Below the pieces are notes generated by a model. That model was not told the DNA's origin. It saw nothing but the letters and a program-made list of their open reading frames with translations, and did no database searches. This document shows, in pieces, positions 22,637-35,954 of a DNA stretch of 64,000 nt. The stretch spans positions 16,923,781-16,987,780 of the forward strand of contig OZ037767.1 of assembly GCA_964035545.1 (NCBI GenBank), given 5' to 3'. This DNA comes from Bugula neritina (taxonomy: Eukaryota > Animalia > Bryozoa). Numbering within the stretch: position 1 is the stretch's first letter; each line of letters starts with the position of its first letter. Made by a program: the position numbers and the translations under genes.

Positions 22637-23328
22637 CTATTGCTATTTCATCGAAGCTTATGCTTCAACAATCTTATATGACTTTTTAGGTTCTGCACAC
22701 ATCGGACAAGATCTTCATCTTGATTTCTCACAATACTTGCTGGGCTGAAAAAAAACCATATTCTGTTGAGAACTTCTCACTTTCTGTTCTGCAAGCTTCA
22801 TCACTAGAGATCACAATTGCACCTGAGCTTCTGAATTTACAAGTAAACTGAGTCAACACTACAGAACTTTATCAAAGTAATATACTCAAGCTTCCACTTG
22901 CACTTGGCTCAGGTAAGTTAGTATTAGTTTTTTTGCCACAGGTCAATTTTTATAGTTTTTAAATTGTTTTAGTAATTTTGTGGGTCAACTTGGATTACAA
23001 GCTTTGGGAAGAGATGCCAAAATAAAATATTATGTTAAAAATTATGTTTTATCATCACCTATATTATATAATAATTATATAACATTTTGTAGATGCGGTA
23101 CAAAATCCTGTTTGGCTGGTAAAAACACTTCCACATTCTTATTGGACCACAATTATTTCTGCACTTCTGAATTTTAAGTAGACTTCCATCCTACTGTGTT
23201 CAAGCCTGAAAAGTAAGTTCATTTAAAGAGTTATTATTTCTGTTTTCTGAGTTGATGCAGTTTTGGCACTTCTGGTTAATTAATATGGATCAATGTTCAG
23301 TGGCGGAAATATTAAATTAAGTATTTAA

Positions 23329-24495
23329 CAGGGTTGGGGTAATTGTAATTTGTAATTGTAATTGGCTGTAATTAATTACATTTTTTCAAGTAATTGAATG
23401 TAATTTGTAATTGAGGCTTAAAAATGTAATTGTAATTGTAATTGTAATTAATTACATATCTAATGTAATTGATTTTTACAATTACTTTATAATTACATGT
23501 CAATTACTTCAAACTTTTAAATCTTAAAAAACTCCTTCTTTTTCTACAATGCCTACTGTTAAATAACAAGTTCAGATAGTTAGGTCAATATAGTAGGGTC
23601 ATTCCATGCCAGCTCACCGAATTGACCGCGTCTATTTGTGTCTCAGATTTTGTTAATGTTTACACCAAATAGACCTACACGTGCCTCAAGTACTCTTCTT
23701 CAGTATTTCTGACCTGACACAAATTTTTTTGAGAACTGACTACTTTTGTGGACAAAGGTTGAGGAACATTTTGAGTAAAATTTGTGATTTCTACTTTTAG
23801 ACTAATCTATAAACGTCTATATCTCAATCATTTTTCTAGCCTGAGCCTTAAAATTTGCTGTGTGATTTGATAATACCTATCAATTTGCACTAGTAGCAAC
23901 ACATATTACAGAATACTTTGTGTGCATATATGCAAAGTCATTGAATATGAACAAATCTTTGTAAATTTTGAAAAATTTCAAATACTCGCTTAATCAAATT
24001 TTAAATTACTTATAAATTGGTTTAAAAGTATAAATCACAAATTTTCCTCAAAATATTTTCCAACCTTTGTTCACCAAAGTAGTAATTTCGCAAAGTGTTT
24101 TTGTGTCAGGCCAGAAATATTCACGAATGGTGATCTGAACATGTGTAGGTCCATTTAGTGTAAATATGAGCAAAATCTGAGACACAAAGACTTGGGACCC
24201 CTTGAAAGTTGGTTGATTTGGTATGGAATGATATAATAGTATCACTGTAGAAAACAAAAGAGGTTCACCACTGTCAACACTGCCCCTGGTAGCTAGACCC
24301 TAGAAGTGACTTCTATTTATTCCTTGTGAGAACAAAAGTAATTGTAATTGTAATTAATTACATTGCCATGTAATTGTAATTGTAATTAATTACATTTATT
24401 TTTTACTGTAATTATAATTGTAATTGTAATTGACAAATCTTCATGTAATTGTAATTGTAATTAATTACATTTACATGTAATTGACCCCAACCCTG
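23329..24495. mobile_element. Non-autonomous hAT-type DNA transposon
   Basis: TIRs CAGGGTTGGGGT/ACCCCAACCCTG, perfect 8-bp TSD GTATTTAA (23321-23328 and 24496-24503), subterminal (GTAATT)n arrays at both ends, no ORF. Confidence 0.92.
23596..24232. mobile_element. MITE with ~190-bp imperfect terminal inverted repeats nested inside the hAT element
   Basis: 23596-23790 is the reverse complement of ~24033-24232 (TTTGTGTCTCAGATTTTG/CAAAATCTGAGACACAAA; AAAATTTGTGATTT/AAATCACAAATTTT). Confidence 0.75.
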
Positions 24496-27400
24496 GTATT
24501 TAAACTAGCTTCTAATCATTAGTTATAGCCAGTTAAGAACTCTTGTAGGCAATACAAAACCTTGGCTGGTAAAAACAGACAAGATCTTCTCTTTGACATG
24601 TCACAATACTGGATGGGCTGAAAGAACACTTTAATGTTCTGCTGAGAATTTTATCATAACTTCCACATTCTTTCTTCAAGTATTCATCACTTGAGAACTT
24701 GGCACATTCCAATTTCAAGTCAATGAACAGTTCATGTCTACAGTTCTTAAGATATGCAGAACTTTAGAACTTTGTTGAGGGTTGAAAGGTAAATTCCTTA
24801 ATTTGTTGTTTCTGGCTGAAAGTTTGTTGTTGCAATAATTATTTTGAGTTCTTTTGATTGGTCTAATATATAGCCGAGCTTGAAAATGCTGAAACAAAAT
24901 ATTCCAAAGTTCTGTAAATCATCATCTATACTGTTATTGAATCTTGTAGATGATACAATCCCTGTTTGGCTGGTAAAACACTTCCAGATGTGCATTGGAT
25001 GAGCAACATATTCCTCATTCTCTACTCTGTATGTTGACATTCACACATCTACATCTTAGTAAACTGAAGAGTAGTTTATTAGTGGATCTTCTTAAAACTC
25101 CTCTACAATAAATACTTGGCTAGACACACCATGTCTTTAACTGTTGATCAGATGAGTCTAAAACTCTATATAAAAGTGAGTCCTTTCTCTACCTTTTCTT
25201 GAAATTTTACTTCTTGACTTCCAAATATCTGATTAGAAGAACTTAGTCGTTGTCGTTTTTGGATACTATCCTGTAAAGAACAGTTTAATTTCTGCAACCG
25301 TTTTTCAAGAATAATGCTATTTTTACTTATGACTGTCATTAAATATTTGTAGTTGGCTGGTACAAACTTAGAACTCCTCTACAACAAATACTTGGCTGGA
25401 CACACCATGTCTTTAACTGTTGGTCAGATGACTCCAAAACTTTATAATTATAAAGGTGAATCTTTGTTCTACATTTTCTTGAAATTCTGCTTCTTGACTT
25501 CCAATTGTATCTGACTAGAAGGTCTCAGTTAAAGTATTTTTTTTGTCAATTTTTTGGATTTATTTTTCTATAGAAAAGTTTAATCTTTGCACCGAAACAT
25601 TTTTGAAGTATGGTATAATTTCTGCACATGACTATCATTAAACCTTGTAGATGGTGAGATCACTTGTTGGCTGGTAAAAACACTTCTACGTGTTTATTAG
25701 AAGATCTGATCCACTCTGCAAATTCACTTCTGGTGCATCTCTCCTTGATTTCAAATAGAGTAAACAGTAACTCTATTTCTCAGAACATCTCCAAGACTGT
25801 TTTTTTTAGATAACTATCCAACACAAATATTTGGAGTGGATCAAGTGAAACACCCTTCTAATGTATTTCATACTTCAGTTTCTCTGTTTTGGAGCTGAAT
25901 GAACCCCTTCTTGGCTTCAACTGAACACTAGATGTGGCTCAACTGACCATAACTTGGTAGACTCTATTCTACTAGGGTAATGGTGAGTTTATGTAATACT
26001 TCTATACTATCAGTTTGTATCAGATTATGGAACTCAAATGACATACTTGCAGTACGTGTTTCTAGTTTAGTGTTTGCATGTATGCTGAGCTATATAGTAA
26101 AATATATATTGTAGTAAAATATATAGTAAAATATATAATTATAGTAAAATAGTATAATAAAATGGTGTAGTAAGACATAATATAGTAAAAGAGTGTAAAC
26201 TTTGTGTCTTCTGGCTTCAATTTTTTTCATTGAAATATCTAAAAATTTACAAAAAAAGGTTTAAAATTTGGAATATAACAACAAATTTAAAACTTGGCTT
26301 AGTAATACAATATAAAGCTTCAATTACACCAATTAGGTTTACTATAGGCGTATATATGTAATGCTTTCAGAATATTGCTATTTTAGCAAAACTCCTCTCA
26401 GATTCTTTTCATTTGACTTTTTAGCTTCTGCACACATTCCACAAGATCTTCATCTTGACATGTCATAACACTTGCTGGGCTGAAAGAAACATTTATATGC
26501 TGGTGAAAACTTCTTCCTTTCTGTTCTGCAAACTAGTTGAAGAAGATAACTCAATGTGACTGGTGATCTTTACTGGTAAAGGTAAGCTTTTCTTTCTGTT
26601 TGTATTTGTTTATACTCTTGCTGCTGATTACAAAATGAATATACATTTTAGTCAATTGCAAGATCTGCTAATACACTAATATATAGGGTTATTTACCAGA
26701 GATTCATGTGAACAGCAAATCGTTTTCTTTCTGAACAGAATCAGGCCAGCTATGTTATTGAAATATATATTTTGTTGTAGACTTATTTCGAAGAAATGAA
26801 TATCACACTAAGGCTGGTATCCTCACATATCTGGCTGAGTTGAATGAAGATTATTCTCTGGAATATTTTCACACCTCAGAACTTTACAGAAGAAACAAAT
26901 CTCCATGTTCTGCTGAGAACTTTTTTCTATTCTTCAAACTTCCAAATATTTAACACTCGAGATCACAATTGCACCTGAACTTCTGAATCTACAAGTAGAC
27001 TGAGCCAGAGTCTACAGCACTTACTCAGAATATTATACTCAAAACTTCCACCTGCACTTCTTTTAGCTTTAAAGTAAGCTTATAGTTTCTATTATCTATC
27101 TTAGTGAAGATTTAGCATAAATTCTTGTAAATTCTTTTAGCTCATCAGACATGCCTATTTTTTAAATGTTTTGTAAATATTTGAAATAGGTTTTCAGAAT
27201 GACCTACACTGTCCATGGATGTTTGTTTGTTTCAGGTTATAAAACATTGCTTCCCTATAGAGTTTTCAAACTTGTTGATAGGGTCATTTGATTTCCCTGT
27301 GCCGTGATGGTTACATAATTTATTTGGCTGATAGAGAATGTGTTTCTAATGACATCTACTGCTCACCGAATTTCCTCTTCAAACCTTTAACCAAAACCAA

Positions 27401-27559
27401 AAGTGAGTTATTGGAAAATTGCCATTTTGAGCAGTTTACCTATAGTTCAGTTAAAATGTTTTATTGTGAGAATTTTTATTAAAATTGATAGGTGTTCGTA
27501 GATTTCCCACATCATGTAGAGACAAACTGAACCATAGTTAATAATGATGTTACTGCATG

Positions 27560-29614
27560 CAGTACTGCAGGCTATAGGAGTTGTGGTACCACCTTGTGGG
27601 CCTCGGAATCTGAGAGCATATCTCAGCAGTAACACTAGAGAAGGTAATAATGCATACTATAATATATTCCCTACTGTTACAATTTTAACATGTGTGGCAT
27701 TTGAATTAATTTGTGTCTCTCCAAGTGTTTAGGAAGAGGCAGCTGGTCAAATCTATTAGTTTAAGATGTGTAATGTATCTATTGTTGGATAGTAATATAA
27801 GATATGTATTACATAATAACATAATGTATCTATCATTATATGATATAAAGGCTTGTTATGTTCTCTTATTTGTATAAAGCCATTTGTAACTAAGTACACA
27901 TGTTGTCATGGTAATACTATGTATACATGTGTGATGTTGTCATAGTGATACTTTGTGTACATGTGTTGTCATGGTGATACTATGTATACATGTGTTGTCA
28001 TGGTGATACTATCTATACATGTGTTGTCATGGTGATACTGTGTATACATGTGTTGTCATGGTGATACTATGTGTACATGTGTTGTCATGGTAATGAAAGT
28101 TTGTTTCTAGAAAGCAGGTACTAGCCAGGACCACCAGCTGACAGGTGAAGGTAGTAATAGTAGTCAACAGATATAGTTTGGTCACATGTATTAATACTTC
28201 CTGTTACATCTTGTGACAGTTTAAATAAAATACACTGCGGTATATTTAGCACTGGGTGAAATTTTAGGGTTCTTAGTCTAAATGTGTGACCAGACAATCT
28301 TTACAATGATTTTTGTTAATTTATAATTTTCAGCTGCTTTTTAATTTACAACATTTATACCATGATTGAGAAAGTCAGAGCAAATTCAGCATAAATTCTT
28401 ATAATTGCTACCAATTGAGCCGTTAATGAGTTAGCTGAGCGAAACTCTACGACCTTATACTTTCCAACTTGCGTAGCTCTTGAGATGCTGAGGGAATCTG
28501 ATGCATGATTGTAGTTAATGTCTGTTGGAATGTAGATAGACAACTCCTATATTGACTATTCACAAAAGTAAAATGAATGTTTGATCTAGGAAAGTGGCTG
28601 TAGAATAATATTATGATGATATGTTCTTCAGTCATAAACAGTTAACAGTGTGTTGTATTTCAGTGACTCCCTGTTACAGTAGTCTTCACACCTCATATCA
28701 ACATCTAGCTCTCTACAGCAGCTGTACATAGTATAATCTGAGTGTATTTATTACTCTGGTCTACAATGCAGAGATAGGAAATACCTTTTGGTGAGGTAAA
28801 GACTTTTACTTTCTAATATGTTACAGTAACTCTCTGAAGGTATTTTATTGTAACACACTATCGTTTAAAGCTTAAGCATTTCCATAACTAATAGAGGAAT
28901 CTTATATGTAGATAAAATTCTTATTTGAAATTATCTGGAACATTAAAATATTATTACATTCGATCAAATAATCAGGTATTTGAGTTTTGAATTTATAACA
29001 GCTAATTATTTATTTACATGTAAGTATGAAGCTGACCGCCATTTACTTGGAGTCATCCCACATGACACAATCTTGGTTATCTTGATTGTCAACCTTCATG
29101 TGTTGCTTTTTAGAGGAGCAACCAGAAATTATCGCTCTTAGAAGACTCAAGTGTAAGACTATTCAAGTACCTTGTAGCCAGAGGAGGGTCATATGACACA
29201 AGCAGTAAGTCTCAAGCAGAGCATTTTGAGATATGAAGGAGTTACCTTCTCTAATTCTTTTACAATCACTCCAAAATAACTATTCTCCTTGCACTTTTAT
29301 AGTTGGTAGTGATCACCAAGCAAAGGTTGATTTAATTCTCGATATTTATATACTGAGTTTTAGCAATTATTGAATAACTTTAAATTTTTAGTCATGCATT
29401 GCAGGAAAATCAACCACTCGGTTTACGGAGCTGAAACAGTTTATGAAATGAGATCGTAACCTTTAATTGGCCAGCCATTGACAGCTCTGAAATATCCAAC
29501 ATGGTAGATGAACTTTTCCCCAGATAATCTCTGCACTGGACAGTCACACAGTACACAGTACAAACTCTGTGAGTATCAACCACCTCTGACAGGGACAGAT
29601 AACTTCTAATCAGA
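27560..29614 (+). pseudogene. Decayed exon-like blocks, probably upstream exons of the TARBP1 pseudogene
   Basis: GC-richer blocks bounded by AG/GT (~28111-28144, 28664-28795, 29114-29203, 29405-29614) with stops. Same strand and directly upstream of the SpoU exons; homology only weakly recognisable. Confidence 0.35.
27895..28092. repeat. 29-bp minisatellite (CATGTGTTGTCATGGTGATACTATGTATA)n
   Basis: About 6-7 visible units ending just upstream of a TTTCTAG acceptor-like site. Confidence 0.9.
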
Positions 29615-31017
29615 GGTAAATCAGGCTGTTGGTTTTCCTGTTATTTAATATAATAGTTTGCGTTAATTCACATTTGCCCGCAGATAGCTAAGGCACTACT
29701 TATCTTAGAACTGTCAGCATTAACATTACTATCAGCTATAATAGTGAATATTTATTTAAGCTGAGCTCATTTCTATTGTAGAAAATTCCTCTTGCAACTT
29801 TCATCACAGATCTCTCATATAATAGTTTCTTCTGGAGTTCACCAGGAAACTATTGCTCTCAATGCTCTTTACCATATCTGCAGACATCAGTGTGAAATGG
29901 CCCTCAGCCCTGGTGATATATGCATCAATACTTAACACTTGCTTCATAAACATAAACATAATTTTCTGCATGTTATTTGTTGGCTAAAATGCAACATTAA
30001 GGTCATTAGTTGATTTTTGTTTAGAATGTAATATTATGGTTTTTAATTGACTTTAAAGTTTGTAAATACTAATTTATATGGCAGATAATTTTTTTATCTT
30101 ACAAGATTGTGAAGCACAACAGAAAATATTAGACCTTTAAGAGTTGCTGTATAAGCCTTGTACAGGTTATTGTAGCCTCAGCTATCCGTTAGGCTTTTGT
30201 TTTAAGAAACTTCCTAATTTGGATGAACATAGAACAAGTAGTGAAATGAAGTTCTCTCAGCAGAACTTGAATCTAATGCTATACACAGTTTTCAAAGGAT
30301 TGACTCTAATAGGCTATATATAACATGGCTTCATTGATGGCCTTAATTTGACAAGAATTATAGTGCTCAGTGAATTTTAGAATGCTAAGTGGCTAAAAGC
30401 AGACTAGAATAATTTTATTTGGTAATATAACAGAAAATCACTAAAACTACTATTCATAAATAGGCAGTTTTACTTAAGGTAGTAAAAATGGTATCTTATA
30501 GTGTAAAATAACCAATTTAATTAAACCTCTTCTATTGATTACATCTAAGGCCATCTTCTAGAATAAGTTTGTGGTAGCTATCTAGAATTGTTTATTGGGC
30601 TGTTTTAAATTACTACATTCTAGGATAACTTTACACGTTGTAATATTTGAAATATACACTACAGCTTATTGTAGTAAACTTCTATATAGTCAAACAATTG
30701 CCTGAAATTTATTAGCTAAGGTTTTATCTAAAATAGTCACTAGAATGTTGAAAAGTAGAGCCAGATATTTAAAGTTCAATGAAAATGATGCCCAATAAGT
30801 ATATCTTTCAGTAACTTAACTAATATCTACAAATACAGCTAACATCTGCTCACAGCACTGAGGCCTATCAACAGCTAACTAACTGCAACTAGTAGCACTA
30901 ATTTATTTTTCTTTACGGATATTCTAACTCTCATTGGCTATAACAGTAAACAATATACATGTATAAAATATGCTATATGTTGTATAATTTGAATATGCAT
31001 ATATGTCGTATGCTTAT

Positions 31018-31073
31018 AACACACACACTCACCTACACTACACACACGCACACACACACTCACACACACACAC
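31018..31073. repeat. Imperfect (CA)n microsatellite
   Basis: Directly visible. Confidence 0.85.
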
Positions 31074-31139
31074 AGCTGAAGTACATGCGTAACCATAGTA
31101 TAAGCCTAGCTGTAATATATACATAATTCATAACTGTAG

Positions 31140-32420
31140 TATAGACATATAGCTGTAATATAGTCATATAGCTGTAACATAGTCATATAGCTGTAACATA
31201 GTCATATAACTAATATAGTCATATAGCTGTAATATAGCCATATAGCTTTAATATAGTCATATAGCTGTAATATAGTCATATAGCTGTAATATAGTCATAT
31301 AGCTGTAATATAGTCATATAGCTGTAATATAGTCATAAAGTTACAATATAGACATATAGCTGTAATATAGTCATATAGCTGTAATATAGACATATAGCTG
31401 TAATAATTATAGTCATATTATAGCTGTAACATAGTCATATAGCTAATATAGTCATATAGCCGTAATATAGACATATAGCTGTAATATAGTCATATAGCTG
31501 TAATATAGTCATATAACTAATATAGTCATATAGCTGTAACATAGTCATATAACTAATATAGTCCTATAGCTGTAATATAGTCATATTATAGCTGTAACAT
31601 AGTCATATAACTAATATAGTCATATAGCTGTGTTATAGTCCTACAGCTGTAACATAGTCATATAGCTGTAACATAGTCATATAGCTGTAACATAGTCATA
31701 TAGCTAATATAGTCATATAGCTGTAATATAGTCATATAGCTGTAATATAGTCATATAGCTGTAATATAGTCATATAACTAATATAGTCATATAGCTGTAA
31801 CATAGTCATATAGCTAATATAGTCATATAGCTGTAATATAGTCATATAGCTGTAATATAGTCATATAGCTGTAATATAGTCATATAACTAATATAGTCAT
31901 ATAGCTGTAACATAGTCATATAACTAATATAGTCATATAGCTGTAATATAGACATATAGCTGTAATATAGTCATATTATAGCTGTAACATAGTCATATAA
32001 CTAATATAGTCATATAGCTGTAATATAGTCCTACAGCTGTAACATAGTCATATAGCTGTAACATAGTCATATAGCTAATATAGTCATATAGCTGTAATAT
32101 AGTCATATAGCTGTAACATAGTCATATAGCTGTAACATAGTCATATAGCTAATATAGTCATATAGCTGTAATATAGTCATATAGCTGTAACATAGTCATA
32201 TAGCTGTAACATAGTCATATAACTAATATAGACATATAGCTGTAACATAGTCATATAGCTGTAACATAGTCATATAGCTAATATAGTTATATAGCTGTAA
32301 TATAGTCATATAGCTGTAATATAGTCATATAGCTGTAATATAGTCATATAGCTGTAATATAGTCATATAGCTGTAACATAGTCATATAGTTGCAATATAG
32401 TCATATAGCTGTAATATAGA
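31140..32420. repeat. 19-bp minisatellite (ATATAGTCATATAGCTGTA)n with 17-bp deletion variants
   Basis: Visible ~1.3-kb tandem array. Confidence 0.95.
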
Positions 32421-34446
32421 AATAGTGATAGTAGAAGTATAGCTGTAATATAAGCATAATTGTAGTGTAGACATAGCTATAGTATAAACTTATATGTATG
32501 TATGTAAATAATATATGTATATTCAAATAATACAACATATGGTATCTTATATGTATATTGTTGACTAAAAGCTATAATTATTATAGAGCCCATAACAGTT
32601 AAAATATCTATAAGAAATAAATTAGTGCTACTAGCTATAGTTAGTTAGCTGTTAATATTGGTAATAGTGCTCTTAGCAGCTGTTAGCTGTAATATTAGAC
32701 ATGAGTTTTGTTGCTGAAAGATATACTTATTCATGAGCATCATTATCGTTATTAAACTTTGAATATCTGGCTCTACTTTTCAACGTTCTAGTGCCCATTT
32801 TAGATAAAACTTTTGCTAATAAATTCCACGCAATTGTTCCACGATATAGCAGTTAACTTTGATAAGCTCCTGTGTATATTTTCAAATATTACAACACATA
32901 AAGTTATTCTAGCATGTAATAGTTTAATGCAGCCCAATAAACAACTCTAAACAGCTACAAAAAATAGAAGAAGTGTCAAGAGTTTAATTAAACTGTTATT
33001 GCTATATATATGCATGTGTAAAGCTTTATAGACATGACTGCAGTATAAGCATAGCTGTATAGTAAAGACATAGCTATATAGTGTAAGTTTAGCTGTATTA
33101 TATACATTGTTTAACCTGTAAGCTCTTACTTGTACACTTGTATTAAGGTAATCTTACTTATACCCATCTTGGTTAATCAGATACAGATATTTAAGCTGGT
33201 CAAATACCAGCAAAATATTGCTAGCACATGTATAAAAAAGTTACTTCGAAATGGACCGGTTATAATTTGTAAGTATATAATGAAACATGCCTGTGCCTAT
33301 GTAGTATGAATATATCAAACAGTTTTGACCACTTGCCATTCTGATTTTAATGAGACCTGTCATTAGTATTATTAATGATCATGATTTGTAACTAACATTT
33401 TCAAATCTTTGAAAACTTTTCAGTTTAGTTTGAAATAAATTGCTACACTGTTTCGAACTAAAAATTTCATAAAAACCTTTTTTCTCCTGACATCCAATTG
33501 ACATTAGTTAAATAATATCTTCATGTATTACAAAGTTGTTAGAGCCTAAAGGAAAGTTGACATTACAAGAACAAGAACAACTTAAGCTATGAAAGGAATA
33601 AAATATTAGCTAACTTTAGAATCTAATATTTTTCTGTTGTGCAAACTGTATTTTCAATTTATCTTCATTATCTGTTTAAGTCAAAGTATTTTTTATGAGA
33701 AACATAGTTTAGTAGTTTCATTCAATTTCAATAAAACTTAAACTAAAACATCCATAAAACAATGCTGTGTTATGTTTATTTATTAAACAAAAACCTTAAC
33801 AAAAAACCAATTCAGGGTGACCTGTACCTATTCTAAGCGTTAATGCGGAAGCAATCTTGGCAGGTTATTGGAGTTGTGTTCTTATCTTGAGGATCACATC
33901 TTAGCAGCTTATATGATGCAGAAACTTTTACAGCTTCATTTAGTTACTATTTCTATCGCATACAGATACTATTCGGCTCATACTGTAATCACAAAACAAT
34001 GCTGGATAGGATATTTAATAACTAGCCAAAAATCAGCTTCACCAAAATATGTTATGGCGAAAATGACTTCACAGTCAATCAGCTCTGTTATATTGCATTA
34101 GCAAAAAATATAAAATATAAATAGCAATACTACTCAATAATTATTTCTTCTTAGAATTTATTTGCATTATAATTATGTAGGAGTAAATAAATGTAAATGG
34201 AGAGCTAGGCATAAGACATAATAAGGTACTTCTTGTCCTTTCAAAATGGGGCGCAGTTTTGCTATTTTTGAGTTGTCTATCCATTTTTGCTTATGTCTAA
34301 GCTTGGTTATGACAATTTAATCAATAAAATCTATGTTGCTTATTTGGCAGACTATTTTGCTGTATGAAATTTTGGGTAATAGCAGTGCTAACAACTCGTA
34401 CTGTTAATATTACATTATCTCATATAGTTGCACTTTCTTTTGACAG

Positions 34447-35954
34447 ATAACGAAACTGAAGGTAATTTAACAGACATTTAGAGCATTAGGAAAGATGGGT
34501 TGATTCTGGTTACCTTCATCATTGAGAAACTGCCAAACCTGGAGGTAACATGTCTTTTGCTCACTCCATAGTCTAGTAGGCTATATATCTATTCTATTAC
34601 TCTTCCTATAGCCTACTATATGTATGGTACTTACTCTATAGTCTAGTATATATCTATTCTATTACTCACTCTATAGTCTAGTATATATCTACTCTATTAC
34701 TCACTCTATAGTTTAATATATATCTACTCTATAACTCACTCTATAGTCTAATATATATCTACTCTATTACTCACTCCATAGTCTAGTATCTATCTACTCC
34801 ATTACTAACTCTATAGTCTAATATATATCCATTCTATTACTCACTCTATAGTCTAGTATATATCTATTCTATTACTCACTCTATAGTCTAATATATATCC
34901 ATTCTATTACTCACTCTATAATCTAGTATATATCTACTCTATTACCAACTCTATAGCCTAGTATATATCTACTCTATTACTCACTCTATAGCCTAGTATA
35001 TATCTAGTCTACGACCCATATAAATTAAAGTTTATGTAGAACTGCTGAAACATTCTGAGTACAGGAAATGGTTGTGAACAATCTGAAGCTGATACAAGAC
35101 GCCAACTTCCTGTCTACGTCAGTGACTGCTCATCAGTGGATTTCTATGAAACAAGTGAGGCGTGTGTTGACTTATTATATACTGCAGAGGGAAAACTAGC
35201 CACAGGTGTCATTCTCAATGCTAACATGAGTATTGTTTTAGGTTCCTGCGCACTGCCTCCCGCAGCACTTGAGCGCGATGAGAGAAGAATATGACTACAC
35301 CATAGTTGCTCTGGAGCAGACCACCAACAGTAAACCACTAACTCACTATAACATGCCAGCTAAGACTCTTCTACTTCTCGGGTACAATTTTACTGTTCAA
35401 GATTATGAGTTTTCTACTGCTTTAAACAGCCTTTATCCATCTTGTTTGTTGGTTGACAATAACTAGATGCCATTAGTCTCTAGATTGTCTATAGCTATCA
35501 ACAGTTTTGATGAAAAATTTAATTTCCTCATTAGACTTATTAAACGTACAAGTTTGTGATGAATATATTGCAGTTAAATTTATCCTTTGCTTTGGTGTCC
35601 CTACATAGAGATGTGATCAGCAATATAAACTAAAGCTGACCTATATTTGCATTAAATTCTACCTCTCTAAACACCTAACTTAGAAGGTCACTTTTGATGT
35701 TTGACCTCCTTATAAGCCTGATGGCTACCAGTCAAAAGAGTTAACCATATTTGACTATATACTCATTGTATTTTAGCAATGAAAAAGAAGGAATTCCTGC
35801 AGAGCTCATACAGCTAGCTGATGTCTGCGTTATAGAAATATCACGACAAGGAATTATTCGCTCTCTTAATGTTCATGTCAGTGGAGCTCTTTTGATATGG
35901 GAGTACAGAAAGCAACGTCTGTTCGAACAGGAAGTCAGTGCAAAAACCTCATGA
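34447..35954 (+). pseudogene. TARBP1: TARBP1/Trm3 tRNA (guanosine-18 2'-O)-methyltransferase, C-terminal SpoU domain exons, disrupted
   Basis: Exons 34447-34544, 35031-35154, 35242-35381 and 35777-35954 translate to GLILVTFIIEKLPNL / LCRTAETF*VQE...SVTAHQW / YTIVALEQT...KTLLLLG / [12 protein letters not shown]...[20 protein letters not shown], the TARBP1 SpoU signature. In-frame TGA at 35056-35058 and TAG in the 34447 exon. Confidence 0.88.
34560..35005. repeat. 35-bp minisatellite (ATTACTCACTCTATAGTCTAGTATATATCTAYTCT)n filling a TARBP1 intron
   Basis: About 12 visible units between donor 34545 and acceptor 35030. Confidence 0.93.

Larger units (their letters stand above)
12820..27075 (+). 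pseudogene. Decayed multi-exon leucine-rich-repeat-like gene(s), internally duplicated and interrupted by the Gypsy and hAT insertions
   Basis: Recurrent exon-like blocks start after TTGTAG acceptors with a conserved ...TGTTTGGCTGGTAAAA (C-L-A-G-K) motif. They contain LRR-like fragments (QDLHLDMS, HLDxSHNT, DNSIHSL, WLNxDHNLVDSI) with many stops and frameshifts. Paralogous blocks: ~13840-14150 with ~24930-25235, and ~13190-13680 with ~26575-27060. Confidence 0.45.
30515..32995. mobile_element. Foldback-like structure: ~430-bp diverged inverted repeats flanking a satellite core
   Basis: ~30515-30950 is the reverse complement of ~32575-32995 (GTTGAAAAGTAGAGCCAGATATT/AATATCTGGCTCTACTTTTCAAC; CTAGTAGCACTAATTTATTT/AAATAAATTAGTGCTACTAG). 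Confidence 0.7.

Noticed and set aside
35056-35058. In-frame TGA as selenocysteine or readthrough
   Set aside because: It aligns with a conserved Gly, not Cys, and other disruptions are present.
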